Positions 46,768-57,633 are shown, numbered from the whole stretch's first letter. The stretch is DNA of 63,808 nt, filler included, from 5 parts of 5 records of this genome joined end to end with filler, not necessarily neighbours in it; one strand, 5' to 3'. Notes: generated from the letters alone by a model not told the origin. Translations and numbers: made by a program.

Positions 46768-48452
46768 GGACCCGGCTGGCGCGCGCAATGATCGACCGGA
46801 TCTTTCCCGGCTCGGACTGGCTGGTGCCGGTCATGGCCCGCGCCCTGCCCGGCGCGGCGGTGGTCCTTGGCCTGTCGCTGCTGGCCGCCTCTGCCGGGCT
46901 GGCCGCGCCGCTCATCACAAAGGCGGTGATCGACGAGGGCATCCTTGCGCGCGACATGACCGCCCTGCTGTTCTGGGCCGCCGTCAGTTTCGCGCTTGGC
47001 CTCTGCGTCGTCGGGCTGGGCATCGTCAACGGCATGACGCATCTGCGCGCCTCCATGCGCCTGCTCGGGGACCTGCGGGCCACAGTTCTGGGGGCCGCGC
47101 TTGGCCGCGATCCCGTCCTACCCCCGCTTCCGGTCGGAGAGATCCAGACCCGCATCGACGGCGACACCGCCGAGATCCAGAAATACCTCTTCGATTCCGG
47201 GCTGGTGGCCATCGGTGCGCTGTTCCGCCTGACCGGCGGCGCGGTGCTGATGCTGATGCTGGACTGGCGGCTTGCGCTTCTGCCCGTGCTCGCCGCGCCC
47301 TTCGAACTGTGGTTCCTGACATGGGCCCGCCCCGGAACCCAGAGCCGCGCCGAGACCGTGCGCGCAGAACGGGGCGGGCTGAACGGCCACCTCTCCGAGA
47401 CCTTCGTGATGGCGCAGGGCCTGCGGATGCTTGGCGCGCTGGGGGCGCGGGCCGAGGGTTTCGGCACCCGGCAAGAGAGGCTCTTCGATGCGCAGGCGCG
47501 CCAAAGGCTCTGGACCGAGGCGATCGGCGCGGTCAGCCAATGCCTCACCGCCGTCACGCGCGCCGCCGTCCTGCTGGTCGGGGGCTGGCTCGTGGTGCGC
47601 GGAGATTGGCAGATCGGCTCTCTCGTGGCCTTCCTCGCCTATGCCACGATGATGTCGGGACCGCTGCGCAACCTGCTCGGGCTTTATCACGCGCAGGCCC
47701 GGGCAAGCGTGGCGCTGGCGCGGCTGGACGCGATCATGCGCGATGCGGCGGACCCGGAGGCGGGCACGGCCTGCCCCCTGCGGATCGCACGGCTGGACCT
47801 GACCGGCGCGCGCGCCAAGGGCGGGACACATGCGCCGGTGACGGTGTCGCTCATGGCCGGGGAATGGCTGCATCTGGACGGTCCCTCGGGCATCGGCAAA
47901 TCGCGGCTCCTCGGCGCGCTGGTCGGAGAGGCCCCCCTTGCAGAGGGCCGGATCGAGATCGACGGCCACGACGCGGCCAGCTTCAGCCTCGGCAGCCGCC
48001 GGCGCGCCGTCACCGTCCTGCCGCAGCGGCCCTGCCTGCTGCGCGGCAGCCTGCGAGACAGCCTTTTGCTTGGCCAGCCGGACCCCGGCGACGCGGCGCT
48101 CTGGGACGCGCTGGACCTCGTGGACCTCGCCGACTGGGCGCAGGGGCTGGCGGGGCTGGAGACCGACCTGCAAGAGACCGGGGCCAACCTGTCGGGCGGG
48201 ATGCGGCAGCGCATCGCGCTGGCCCGGGCGCTGCTGCGTCCGACGGCGGTGATGGTCTTCGACGAAAGCTTCTCCGAGGTCGATGCCGCGACCTGCCGGC
48301 GGATCCTTTCGGCCATGGCCGACCGTCTGGCCCACCGGCTGTGCATCTTCGTCGCCCACGCGGGCCCTGTCCGGGCGCAGGCCTTCGACCGGGTCATCGA
48401 CCTGTCGGCCAGCGCGCCCGCCCTGCCCGAAAGAGTGGCACGTATCGGCTGA
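46764..48452 (+). CDS. qhpF: ABC exporter (TMD+NBD), QhpF-like
   Basis: TM domain, GPSGIGKS, LSGGMRQR, VFDE. ATGA coupling to the protease gene. Confidence 0.7.
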   Translation: MRTRLARAMIDRIFPGSDWLVPVMARALPGAAVVLGLSLLAASAGLAAPLITKAVIDEGILARDMTALLFWAAVSFALGLCVVGLGIVNGMTHLRASMRLLGDLRATVLGAALGRDPVLPPLPVGEIQTRIDGDTAEIQKYLFDSGLVAIGALFRLTGGAVLMLMLDWRLALLPVLAAPFELWFLTWARPGTQSRAETVRAERGGLNGHLSETFVMAQGLRMLGALGARAEGFGTRQERLFDAQARQRLWTEAIGAVSQCLTAVTRAAVLLVGGWLVVRGDWQIGSLVAFLAYATMMSGPLRNLLGLYHAQARASVALARLDAIMRDAADPEAGTACPLRIARLDLTGARAKGGTHAPVTVSLMAGEWLHLDGPSGIGKSRLLGALVGEAPLAEGRIEIDGHDAASFSLGSRRRAVTVLPQRPCLLRGSLRDSLLLGQPDPGDAALWDALDLVDLADWAQGLAGLETDLQETGANLSGGMRQRIALARALLRPTAVMVFDESFSEVDAATCRRILSAMADRLAHRLCIFVAHAGPVRAQAFDRVIDLSASAPALPERVARIG

Positions 48453-48545
48453 TGCAGCCGCCCGCACGCGGTTTCCGGTGACAGCGCGGAAATTGTGGTA
48501 AGATAAAAAACCTGTGAACGGCGCAGCGAATCCCGGAGCCACGCC

Positions 48546-49499
48546 ATGGAAACATCGGTCATCGCCTCTTCCGTCGTGCAGTCGGTCTTTGCCGGACCGC
48601 TGGCGCTGACGTCCGGGGATCGGCCCGCGGACATGCCCCTGGCCGATTTCGTGTCCGGGCTGGAGCGTGAGCGGGCGCGCCCCGGGGCTGCCCTTTCGGC
48701 ATGGTCCACCGGCGAGGGCCTGCCCCTGCACAGCCTCGGCGTGCTGGGAGAGGCCATCGACCGGGCGCCAACGCTGGGCTCTGCCCTGCGCTGTTTCGTC
48801 CATGGCATCCCCGTGGTGCAAAGCAACACCGCCCTTTCCATGGAGATCGTCGAAGACCGGGTCCGCGTGGGTTATCGCATCCTCGACCCCGACATCTGGC
48901 CCCGCCGCGCCGATGCCGAACTGACGCTCGCGATGATCCTGCAGGTCTGTACCCGCTTCGGCATGGATCGGGACGCGCTGCTGGATCTTGGGCTCGAACA
49001 TGAGGCCGACCCGGGCACGCAGGCGCTTGGGCGGCACAACAGGACCCGCCCCGCCTGCGGAGAAGCCGAAAACTTCCTCGTCCTGCCCAGCCGCTGCCTT
49101 TCCCTGCGCAGGCCGGACCACGGGCCGGCCCAGCCCGGCGAGGCCCGCGCGGCGGATGCGCAGCTGAGCGACCACCTGCGCCATCTGCCCGCCTCCCGCC
49201 GGGTGCGTCAAAGCCTGCTGCAACGGATCGGGCAGGGGTCCGTCGGGCAGTTGGACATCGCCTCCGACCTCAGCATGTCGGAACGAAGCCTGCGCCGCGC
49301 ATTGGCGGCAGAGGGCACCTGTTTCCACGAGATCCGAGACGAGGTGCGCCGCTCCATGGCGCTCGCGCTGATCCGGCGCTCTGGCCTGTCGCTGAGCGAT
49401 GTGGCCTTTTCGCTGGGCTATTCCGACCAGACCGCCTTTTCCCGCGCCTTCACCCGCTGGTTCGGCGGCCCGCCAAGCCGCCACCCCCTCGCCCCCTGA
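48546..49499 (+). CDS. qhpR: AraC-family regulator, QhpR-like
   Basis: MSERSLRRAL, VAFSLGYSDQTAFSRAFTRWFG. Symbol assigned from context. Confidence 0.7.
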   Translation: METSVIASSVVQSVFAGPLALTSGDRPADMPLADFVSGLERERARPGAALSAWSTGEGLPLHSLGVLGEAIDRAPTLGSALRCFVHGIPVVQSNTALSMEIVEDRVRVGYRILDPDIWPRRADAELTLAMILQVCTRFGMDRDALLDLGLEHEADPGTQALGRHNRTRPACGEAENFLVLPSRCLSLRRPDHGPAQPGEARAADAQLSDHLRHLPASRRVRQSLLQRIGQGSVGQLDIASDLSMSERSLRRALAAEGTCFHEIRDEVRRSMALALIRRSGLSLSDVAFSLGYSDQTAFSRAFTRWFGGPPSRHPLAP

Positions 49500-49736
49500 C
49501 CGCGTCCGGCGGGCGCGACGATCCGGACCCCCAGCGCCGCAAGCCCCCCGTCACCCGCGCTCGGCAGACCGCCAAGCCATCGTCCGGCCACCCCTCTGGC
49601 GGGGCCCGACTGGCGCCCCCGCGCCGCACGCTCCGCCCGGACCCCATGATCCGCCCCGCGTTTCCTGTCTGCGCCATCTGGCAGACCCGCCGGCTTCGCA
49701 TCATACTGCGCGGCAGGTTTTCCAGAGAGGCACCGG

Positions 49737-50957
49737 ATGCGCATCGTTCACACCGCGGATTGGCACATCGGCCAGTCGCTCAATGGCTGGTCCCGCGATG
49801 AAGAGCACCGCATCTGGCTTCTGGCGCTGGCCGACCTGATCGAGCGGGAAGAGATCGACGTGCTGCTGATCGCGGGCGACGTCTTCGACGGGATCAACCC
49901 CTCGGGCGAGAGCCAGGCGCTGTTCTACGGCGCCCTGCGGACCTTTCGCGAACGCCGCCCGAGGCTGCGCACGATCATCACCTCGGGCAACCATGACCCG
50001 GCCGGGCGGCTGCAGGCGCCCGCCCCTGTTCTGGCCGCGCTGGACGTCCACGTCCACGCCACCCTGCATCGGACCGGCCCAACCGTCGAATACCGCAAGC
50101 ATCTGGTGCCGCTGACCGATCCGGACGGCACGACGCGCGCCTGGGTCTGCGCGATCCCCTTCCTGCGCGCCGCCGACCTGCCGGGTCTGTCCTTCGCCAC
50201 CGGAGAGGCGCGCGGCTCTCCGATCGTCGAAGCAGCGCGCCGTCTGCATGACGAGATGGCCCGCACCGCCCGGGAGGTTGCCGGCGACCTGCCGGTTCTG
50301 GCCATGGGGCATCTGCATTGCCACGGCGCCACCGAGAGCGAGGGCGCGGAACGCCGCATCCTGATCGGGGGCGAACACGCGGTCCCCGAGGACATCTTTC
50401 CGGACAGCTTCGACTATGTCGCGCTGGGCCACCTGCATCGCCCGCAGTCCCTTGCCGGTGGTCGGATCCGCTATTCCGGTTCCTGCTTTCCGCTGTCGGC
50501 GGCGGAACAGGGCTACCCGCACGGCGTCACCGTGCTCGATCTGGAGGACGGCAAGCTGCGCAGCACGCATCACCCGATGCCGCGTCCGGCAGAGATGCTG
50601 CGCCTGCCCGTCGCGGGGGTCATGACCTTCGACGCCTTCGAAGACGCGCTCGCCCGGCTGGACGGGGCGCCACCGGGGCCGCAGGCCCTGCACCCGCTGC
50701 TTTACGTGAACCTCGAAGCCACCGGCCCCGCGGCGGTGCTGCTGGCGGAAGCGGAAAAGCTGATCGCGCGCGCGCCGGTGCGGGTCGCGGGCATCAAGGT
50801 CCGGCGCATCCTCGAAGACACGCAGGCGGCGCCGGTCCTCGATCTCGACGAAACCACGCCCGAGCAGCTTTTCATCCAAGCGTTTCGCGACCGCAACGCC
50901 TGCGATCCGGACGAGGCGCATGTCGCCGCCTTCCGCGAAGCCGAGACAGAGGCCTGA
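49737..50957 (+). CDS. sbcD: Nuclease SbcD
   Basis: HTADWHIG, AGDVFD, GNHD, MGH, YVALGHLH, YSGS. Confidence 0.95.
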   Translation: MRIVHTADWHIGQSLNGWSRDEEHRIWLLALADLIEREEIDVLLIAGDVFDGINPSGESQALFYGALRTFRERRPRLRTIITSGNHDPAGRLQAPAPVLAALDVHVHATLHRTGPTVEYRKHLVPLTDPDGTTRAWVCAIPFLRAADLPGLSFATGEARGSPIVEAARRLHDEMARTAREVAGDLPVLAMGHLHCHGATESEGAERRILIGGEHAVPEDIFPDSFDYVALGHLHRPQSLAGGRIRYSGSCFPLSAAEQGYPHGVTVLDLEDGKLRSTHHPMPRPAEMLRLPVAGVMTFDAFEDALARLDGAPPGPQALHPLLYVNLEATGPAAVLLAEAEKLIARAPVRVAGIKVRRILEDTQAAPVLDLDETTPEQLFIQAFRDRNACDPDEAHVAAFREAETEA

Positions 50958-50960
50958 CCC

Positions 50961-53900
50961 ATGCAGATCCTGACCATACGCGGATCGAACCTTGCCAGCC
51001 TCGCGGGCAACTATGCCGTCGACCTGACGCAGGAGCCGCTGCGTTCTGCCGGGCTTTTCGCGATCATCGGAGAGACCGGCGCGGGCAAGTCCACCATTCT
51101 CGACACCATGTGCCTTGCGCTTTACGGCAAATGTCCGCGCCTCGGCAGCGCCGGGGTGAACGACGACGTGCCCGATGCCTCGGGCGAGTCGATCAAGTCC
51201 AGCGATCCGCGATCCATCCTGCGGCTGGGCGCGACGACCGGCTACGCCGAAGTCACCTTCATCGCGCCCGATGGCCTTTGCTACAAGGCGACATGGGCGG
51301 CACGGCGGGCGCGCGACAAGGCCGACGGACGCCTGCAGAATGTCGACCGGTCGCTGATGCGGGTCGATGACGGCACGATCCTCGAAAGCAACATCCGCGC
51401 CATGGATGCCCGGGTGCCCGAGATCACCGGCCTCAGCTACGAAGAGTTTCGCCGGACGATCCTGCTGGCGCAGGGGGATTTCGACGCCTTCCTTCAGGCC
51501 AACACCAACGAACGCGCGGCGCTCTTGGAAAAGGTGACGGGCACGGAGATCTACCGCCGGATCTCGCGCCGGACCTTCGAGAAGTTCACCGAGGCCAAAA
51601 ACGCGCTGGAGGTGCTGGAGGCGAAGCGCGCCGCCTATGCGGTCATGACGCCGGAGCAGCGCGAGGCCCTGGAGGCCGAGGTGCAGGCTCTGATTGCGGC
51701 CATCGCGGCCCGAAAGCCCGAACTGGCCCGGCTGACGGCAGAGATCGCGACGCATCGGGCCATCACGACCGCCCGCACCCGCGTGACCGAGGCGGAGGCC
51801 GGGCGCAAGGCGGCGCAAGAGGCTTCTGACGCGGCAGAGGCGGAGAGGCTGCGCCTTGCGGCGATCCGCAAGGCGCTGGGCCTGCGGTCCGAGGTTCAGG
51901 CCAGGCGCGCCACCGGGACGGCCCTGACCGGACTTCTGCGACAGAAGCAGGTCGCAGAGATGACGGCAGAGACCGCGCGCGAAAGTCTCGAGACGGCGCG
52001 GCAGGCGTTCGAGGTCGCGACAGAGGCTTATTCTCGCGCCGAGGCCGAGTTCAAGGAGATGGGCCCGATCTGGTCGCAGGCGACCCGGCTCGACGGGCTT
52101 GTCGCGGCGGCGCAGGCGGAAAGCGCCAAGGCGGAACGGGCGGTCCTCGACGCGCAGGGCGCGGCGACGGAAGCGGCGGGGCAACTGGAACAGCTTTCAC
52201 AGGCCCGCGACGCGGCGACCGCGGCCCGCGATCTGGCCGAGACGGAGATCGCCGACCGCCCCACGGCGGGCCAGTTGGCCGACCGCTGGCCCGAGGTCCG
52301 TGCCGCGATCCTGCAGCGCGCGGGACTGGCGCAGGACCGGGCCAAGGCGTCCCGTGCCCTTGCCGGTCTGGAAGAAAGCCGCAGCGGCGCGCGCGCGGCC
52401 CTTGCGGACCTCGACCGGCAGGAGGAGGAGGCCGCCACGGCGATCCGCAAGGCCGACATGGACCTCGAAGCCGCGTCGGACAGGCTCTCCACCATCCGCG
52501 AGGAAAACGCGGCGGAGCGGATGGAGCGCCTGCGGCACGGACGCGAGGCCGTCAGGGACATGGAGCGCGCCTCGACCCTCTGGGCAGAGCAGGCCGCGGC
52601 GCTGGAGCAGGCCGAGACGGACCTCGCCGAGGCGCAGCGCCAAGGCGAAGCCGCCGCGGCGGTCATCCTAGAAGGCGACCGCGATATTCCCGGCCTCGAA
52701 GGCGCGATCCGCGCGCTGACCGCGCCCCTCGACCGGGCAGAGGCGGCGGTTTCCGACAGGGCCGCGCATCTGCGCCAGCATCTTGCGGAGGGCGAACCCT
52801 GCCCGGTCTGCGGCGCGACCGAGCATCCGGTTGCGGCGGACGATGTCCTTGCCGATCAGGCCCGCGCCCTGCGGGCCGATCTCGACGCCGCGCGGGCCGG
52901 GCTGGCACAGGCAGAGACCGCCCGGCGGGACGCGCGCTCGGTGAAAGCCGCCGCCGACAAGGCCGCAGAAACGCAGCGGCGCGCCATCGACGGGCATCGG
53001 GCGGCCTGCGCCGCGCAGGCCGAGGCTTTCGCCACGGCGCGGTCGGCGGCGCTCGCCAGCGGGCTGACGCAGCTGCCCGAGCATCCGGAGCGCGCCGCAG
53101 CCGCCCTGACCGGTATCCTCGCCGGGATCGAACGCCGCCGCGAAGAGATTCAGACCATCCTTTCGGCGGAGGCCGAGGCGGTGAAGGCGGTCGAGGCCTT
53201 GCAGGTGCAGCGGCTCTTTCTGTCGCGGCAATCCGCGGAGCGGGCGCAGCATCGGCAGAAGCTGACGGCCAGCCTTTCGGACACGCAAGAGAAGATATCG
53301 AGCGAGGAGAAGACACAGTCGCGGGCGGGCGCGGGCATCGAAGCGGCCGAGGCGGTCATCGCCGGGCCGCTGGCCGCGGTGAACCGGGGCCTCGACACGC
53401 TGGACGATACGGCGGCGGCCCTGTCGGACCTGCAGGCGACCGTCGATTGGTGGACCGACGTTCAGGCCAGAAAAGCCGAGGCGGAACGGACGCTTGCCGA
53501 GCTTTCGCCCCGGATCTCCACTGCCGAAAGCCGCAGCGAAGCCACCGCCCGCGCCCTGACCGCCGCGCAGGAGGCCCTGCGCTCCCGCGCCGAGGCCTTG
53601 GACGGGCTTCGGCAAGAGCGTGCGGCGCTGCTTGGCGGAGAGGCCACCGACAGCCACCGCACCCGGCACAATGACGCGCGGTTGACAGCGCAGACCGATC
53701 GGGACGAGGCGGGCCGGCGGCACGCCGATGCCCGCTCTGCCTTCGACACCGCATCGGAATCCCTGCGCGGCATCGCGGAAGCCATCCCCGGCGCACGGGT
53801 CGCGGCGGACACGGCCGCCCGCGACCTCGAACAGGCGCTCGAAACCGCCGGGCTGACAGAGGCCGAGGCCCTCGCCCTGCTGGAGCAGGGTCCGCAGGAG

Positions 53901-54683
53901 GCAGAGCGCATCGCGGCCGCCCTGAAGGTCACGGACGACACCCTCGTCGCGGCGGTGTCGACCGTGGCCGCCCGGACGCGGGACCTCGAAGACCTGTTGG
54001 CGGCCGGCGTCCCGGAAACGCCCGAGGCCGATCTTCTGGAGCAGAAAGCGCAACAGGAAGACCAGCAGGCCCGCACACAGGAAAGGCTGGGCGCCGCGCA
54101 GGGCGCGCTTCGCTCCGATACGGAGCTCGTGCAAAGCCTCGCTGACCTCGACCGGCAGATCGCCGAGGCCGGGCGGACCCGCGACGTCTGGCTTGCGGTC
54201 AACCATGCCATCGGCTCCCGCGAGGGGGGGCGGTTCGTCCAGATCGCACAGGCGATCACGCTGGGGATGCTGGTCGAGCGGGCCAATCTGCATCTGCAGG
54301 ATCTGAAGCCGCGCTATCACCTTGTCTGCAGCGGCGAGGATCTTGCCCTGCACATCGTCGACCGCGACATGGGGGACGAGATCCGCTCCACCCGCAGCCT
54401 GTCCGGCGGAGAACGGTTTCTCGTATCGCTGGCGCTTGCCCTTGCGCTATCGGGCATGGGCAGCCGGGGCGCCTTGGCCGGGACGCTGTTCATCGACGAG
54501 GGCTTTGGCTCTCTCGACGCCGAAAGCCTCGACGTGGCGATCGATGCGCTGGAACGATTGCAGGCGCAGGGGCGGACCATCGGCGTCATCAGCCACGTGG
54601 AGGCGATGAAGGACCGCATCCCGGTTCAGATCCGCGTCAGACGCCGGGGCAACGGCGCCAGCACGGTGGAGCTTGCGTCCTGA
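50961..54683 (+). CDS. sbcC: SMC-like ATPase SbcC
   Basis: GETGAGKST, LAQGDF, coiled coils, CPVC zinc hook, LSGGE, IDEGFGSLD, ISH. Confidence 0.95.
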   Translation: MQILTIRGSNLASLAGNYAVDLTQEPLRSAGLFAIIGETGAGKSTILDTMCLALYGKCPRLGSAGVNDDVPDASGESIKSSDPRSILRLGATTGYAEVTFIAPDGLCYKATWAARRARDKADGRLQNVDRSLMRVDDGTILESNIRAMDARVPEITGLSYEEFRRTILLAQGDFDAFLQANTNERAALLEKVTGTEIYRRISRRTFEKFTEAKNALEVLEAKRAAYAVMTPEQREALEAEVQALIAAIAARKPELARLTAEIATHRAITTARTRVTEAEAGRKAAQEASDAAEAERLRLAAIRKALGLRSEVQARRATGTALTGLLRQKQVAEMTAETARESLETARQAFEVATEAYSRAEAEFKEMGPIWSQATRLDGLVAAAQAESAKAERAVLDAQGAATEAAGQLEQLSQARDAATAARDLAETEIADRPTAGQLADRWPEVRAAILQRAGLAQDRAKASRALAGLEESRSGARAALADLDRQEEEAATAIRKADMDLEAASDRLSTIREENAAERMERLRHGREAVRDMERASTLWAEQAAALEQAETDLAEAQRQGEAAAAVILEGDRDIPGLEGAIRALTAPLDRAEAAVSDRAAHLRQHLAEGEPCPVCGATEHPVAADDVLADQARALRADLDAARAGLAQAETARRDARSVKAAADKAAETQRRAIDGHRAACAAQAEAFATARSAALASGLTQLPEHPERAAAALTGILAGIERRREEIQTILSAEAEAVKAVEALQVQRLFLSRQSAERAQHRQKLTASLSDTQEKISSEEKTQSRAGAGIEAAEAVIAGPLAAVNRGLDTLDDTAAALSDLQATVDWWTDVQARKAEAERTLAELSPRISTAESRSEATARALTAAQEALRSRAEALDGLRQERAALLGGEATDSHRTRHNDARLTAQTDRDEAGRRHADARSAFDTASESLRGIAEAIPGARVAADTAARDLEQALETAGLTEAEALALLEQGPQEAERIAAALKVTDDTLVAAVSTVAARTRDLEDLLAAGVPETPEADLLEQKAQQEDQQARTQERLGAAQGALRSDTELVQSLADLDRQIAEAGRTRDVWLAVNHAIGSREGGRFVQIAQAITLGMLVERANLHLQDLKPRYHLVCSGEDLALHIVDRDMGDEIRSTRSLSGGERFLVSLALALALSGMGSRGALAGTLFIDEGFGSLDAESLDVAIDALERLQAQGRTIGVISHVEAMKDRIPVQIRVRRRGNGASTVELAS

Positions 54684-54745
54684 TGGGACGGCTAAGGCCT
54701 TCGCAGGAGGCTGCAGCGCGCCCACGGTGCGGGCCGGCGGCAGGG

Positions 54746-55390
54746 TCAGGGGAGCGTCAACGCCCGGGCCATGATCGCCGAGGCCACGATGCCGTCGACC
54801 AGTACCGTTCCCGTGCGATCCGCCAATCCCTGCCGCAGCCGGGACATCCCGGCGCAGCCAAGGACGACAGCGCCGGCCCCGGCGGCCCGGGCCTTGGCGA
54901 TGGTCGCCGCCAGCCGGTCTTCGACAGAAGCTCCGCCGGCCTCGACCTCCAGCACCGGAAGGCCCGAGGCGAAGACGCCGACGCAGGCCTGTTCATGGCC
55001 ATAGAGATCCACGTTCGCGGCGATCACCGGCACCGAGACCGCGAGGGTCGTGACAATCCCGAAGCGATTGCCATGCAACGCCGCCAGCGCCATGGCGGCC
55101 TGTCCGATGCCGATCACCGGGCAATGCGCGGCCTCCCGGAGCCGATCCAGCCCGGTATCGTCGAAGCAGCCGATGACGATTGCATCCACATTGGCAGCCC
55201 GCGCCTCTGGCAACAGCGCCAGCAAGCCTTCGACAGCGGCCTCGCCATCCTCCGGCCCCTGAATGGCGGCAGGGCCCCGGTGATTGGTCCAGCCCAGCAC
55301 CTCTGCCCCGGGCGCGGCGTCGCGCGCGACGGCCACCATGCTGTCGGTCATCGCCTCGGTGGCGTTCGGGTTGAGGTAGAGCAGCCGCAT
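54746..55390 (-). CDS. Asp/Glu/hydantoin (allantoin-type) racemase
   Basis: NPN...MT, GCFDDTG, LGCAGM. Confidence 0.88.
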   Translation of the reverse strand: MRLLYLNPNATEAMTDSMVAVARDAAPGAEVLGWTNHRGPAAIQGPEDGEAAVEGLLALLPEARAANVDAIVIGCFDDTGLDRLREAAHCPVIGIGQAAMALAALHGNRFGIVTTLAVSVPVIAANVDLYGHEQACVGVFASGLPVLEVEAGGASVEDRLAATIAKARAAGAGAVVLGCAGMSRLRQGLADRTGTVLVDGIVASAIMARALTLP

Positions 55391-55393
55391 GGG

Positions 55394-55891
55394 TCAGAGC
55401 CGGGAGCGGGCATGGCGGGCCCAGTCGTGCAGGATCTGCGTCGCCTCGGCGTCCAGATGTTGTTCGGCAGGCATCAGCCGCTCTGCGACCGCGTGGCCGC
55501 ATTCGTGCGTCAGCCGGTCCACATCCACCGGAAAGCGCGCAGCCTCTGGCAGGTCCGCGATGGCCTCACCGGCCTGCGCCATGTCGGCGGCATAATACAG
55601 AGCGGCGATCCCGGCGATGTTCATCGCCGCCACGCAGAGCGCGCAGGGCTCGCAACTGGAATACAACTCGCAGCCGCGCAGATCGACGGTTGCGAGGTTG
55701 CGGCAGGCGTCGCGGATCGCCTCGGTTTCGCCATGCGAGGTAGGGTCGTGGTTCATCACCGAGCGGTTGATCCCCTCGCCCACGATCCTGCCGTCCTTGA
55801 CGATGACCGCGCCAAAGGGCTCTGTGCCCGGGGTCCTCAGCGCCTCGGCCGATATCTCGATGGCGCGGCGCAGAAAGGTCTCATCGTACAT
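55394..55891 (-). CDS. Nucleoside/guanine deaminase (CDA fold)
   Basis: PFGAVIV, DPTSHGE, EPCALC. Confidence 0.88.
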   Translation of the reverse strand: MYDETFLRRAIEISAEALRTPGTEPFGAVIVKDGRIVGEGINRSVMNHDPTSHGETEAIRDACRNLATVDLRGCELYSSCEPCALCVAAMNIAGIAALYYAADMAQAGEAIADLPEAARFPVDVDRLTHECGHAVAERLMPAEQHLDAEATQILHDWARHARSRL

Positions 55892-56302
55892 GGGGCTGGC
55901 TTTCTTCGGTGGCGAAACAGGCGACGCGGCGGTCGTGGTTCCCGGGGCTGCGCTGGGGACGCTCGGACTTGCAGCGGTCGAAGGCCAGCGGGCAGCGTGG
56001 GTGAAAGCTGCATCCCGGTGGCGGAGAGACCGGCGAGGGCACTTCGCCGCCCATCGGGCTGCGGTCGCGCTTGGGCGCTTCGAGGTCGGGAATCGTGTCG
56101 AGCAGCAGCCGCGTATAGGGGTGCAGCGGGTTGGCGAACAGATCGGCGGTCGGCTGGATCTCGACGATGCGGCCCAGGTACATCACCGCGATCACATCGG
56201 CCATGTGGCGCACCACGCTCAGGTCGTGGCTGATGAAGAGATAGGTCAGCTCCATCTCTTTCTGCAGCCGTTTCATCAGGTTCAGCACCTGCGCCTGCAC
56301 CG
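55881..56302 (-). CDS. Opp/Dpp-type ABC ATPase C-terminus (5'-truncated)
   Basis: [28 protein letters not shown]. Confidence 0.9.
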
Positions 56303-56402
56303 NNNNNNNNNNNNNNNNNNNNNNNNNNNNNNNNNNNNNNNNNNNNTTAATTAATTAANNNNNNNNNNNNNNNNNNNNNNNNNNNNNNNNNNNNNNNNNN
56401 NN
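56303..56402. other. Artificial contig linker
   Basis: N-run + TTAATTAATTAA + N-run. Confidence 0.99.
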
Positions 56403-56592
56403 GGTCTGGATTTACAAGGGCGACATCACGAACAAGGAACTGGCGCGCGAGCAAGCTTCGCAGCGTTCACAGCGTCCCGACCGTGGTGGCGCTCGTCGCC
56501 CCGGTGCTTCGGCACCCGCCGCTGAGGCAGCACCCGCAGCAGCACCTGCTGAAGCCGTCGCTGCCCCTGCTACTTCAGAGGGAGCTGAGTAA
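56403..56592 (+). CDS. rpsC: 30S ribosomal protein S3 C-terminus (5'-truncated)
   Basis: [17 protein letters not shown] read from 56404, stop at 56590-56592, upstream of rplP. Confidence 0.9.
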
Positions 56593-56594
56593 CT

Positions 56595-57011
56595 ATGTTG
56601 ATTCCTCGTAAGGTCAAGTTCCGTAAGCAGCACCACCCCAAGCGCGGTGGGCACGCTACTGGTGGAACCACAGTGAGCTTTGGTGAGTACGGCATTCAGG
56701 CCACCACCAGTGCCTATGTGACGAACCGTCAGATTGAAGCTGCTCGTATTGCCATGACCCGTCACATCAAGCGTGGTGGAAAAGTGTGGATCAACATCTA
56801 CCCTGACCGCCCGTTGACGAAAAAGCCTGCGGAAACCCGCATGGGTAGTGGTAAAGGTTCACCGGAATGGTGGATTGCGAACGTCAAGCCAGGCCGCGTC
56901 CTCTTCGAGGTTGCCGGTGTGAGCGAAGAATTGGCTCGTGAAGCCATGACCCGTGCGATCCACAAGCTTCCGCTGAAGGCTCGCATCATCAAGCGTGAGG
57001 AGGGCATGTAA
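56595..57011 (+). CDS. rplP: 50S ribosomal protein L16
   Basis: [22 protein letters not shown]. Confidence 0.98.
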   Translation: MLIPRKVKFRKQHHPKRGGHATGGTTVSFGEYGIQATTSAYVTNRQIEAARIAMTRHIKRGGKVWINIYPDRPLTKKPAETRMGSGKGSPEWWIANVKPGRVLFEVAGVSEELAREAMTRAIHKLPLKARIIKREEGM

Positions 57012-57319
57012 TGGCTGTTGGATCGAAAGACCTTGCACCCGTTGAATTGGATACTTTTGAGGACGAGCGTCTCTTAGATGAGTTGCGTCGCTCCAAGGAA
57101 GAGCTTTTCAACCTGCGCTTCCAGTCCGCTACTGGTCAGCTAGACAACCACGGTCGTCTTCGCTCGATCAAGCGCGACATTGCCCGCATCTATACCGTGA
57201 TTCGCGAGCGCGAACTCGGCATTAGGGCTACCCCTGCTCCCGTGGAAAAGGCAGCAAAGAAGACGACGAAGAAGGCTGAGAAAGTAACTGAGCCTGAAGC
57301 CACCGAGGAGAGTGCATAA
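57011..57319 (+). CDS. rpmC: 50S ribosomal protein L29
   Basis: [16 protein letters not shown]. Confidence 0.97.
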   Translation: MAVGSKDLAPVELDTFEDERLLDELRRSKEELFNLRFQSATGQLDNHGRLRSIKRDIARIYTVIRERELGIRATPAPVEKAAKKTTKKAEKVTEPEATEESA

Positions 57320-57630
57320 TGGCCGCCGAAACACAGAAGGGTCACGAGTCCGCCGAACACGATGTTCGGGATAAGGACGCCCGTGGCTACCGCAAGGTGC
57401 GCCGTGGTTTGGTGACCAGCGACAAGATGAACAAAACCATCGTTGTGGAGGTCGAGGACCGCGTCAAGCACCCCCTCTATGGCAAGGTCGTTCGTCGATC
57501 CTCCAAGGTCAAAGCTCACGATGAGTCCAACTCTGCCGGTATCGGCGACTTGGTGGTCATCTCTGAGACTCGTCCGTTGTCTGCAACTAAGCGGTGGCGT
57601 TTGGTCACCATTGTCGAGAAGGCGAAGTAA
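57319..57630 (+). CDS. rpsQ: 30S ribosomal protein S17
   Basis: [27 protein letters not shown]. Confidence 0.97.
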   Translation: MAAETQKGHESAEHDVRDKDARGYRKVRRGLVTSDKMNKTIVVEVEDRVKHPLYGKVVRRSSKVKAHDESNSAGIGDLVVISETRPLSATKRWRLVTIVEKAK

Positions 57631-57633
57631 CCC

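Noticed and set aside
49737-54683. SbcCD as a Wadjet/Lamassu-like defence system
   Set aside because: Canonical sbcD-sbcC pair with zinc hook and no effector or kleisin genes, so an ordinary repair nuclease.
46661-56233. Very long alternative ORFs (606, 788, 827, 561, 516 aa)
   Set aside because: Arg/Gly/Pro-rich shadow frames of well-supported genes in very high-GC DNA.
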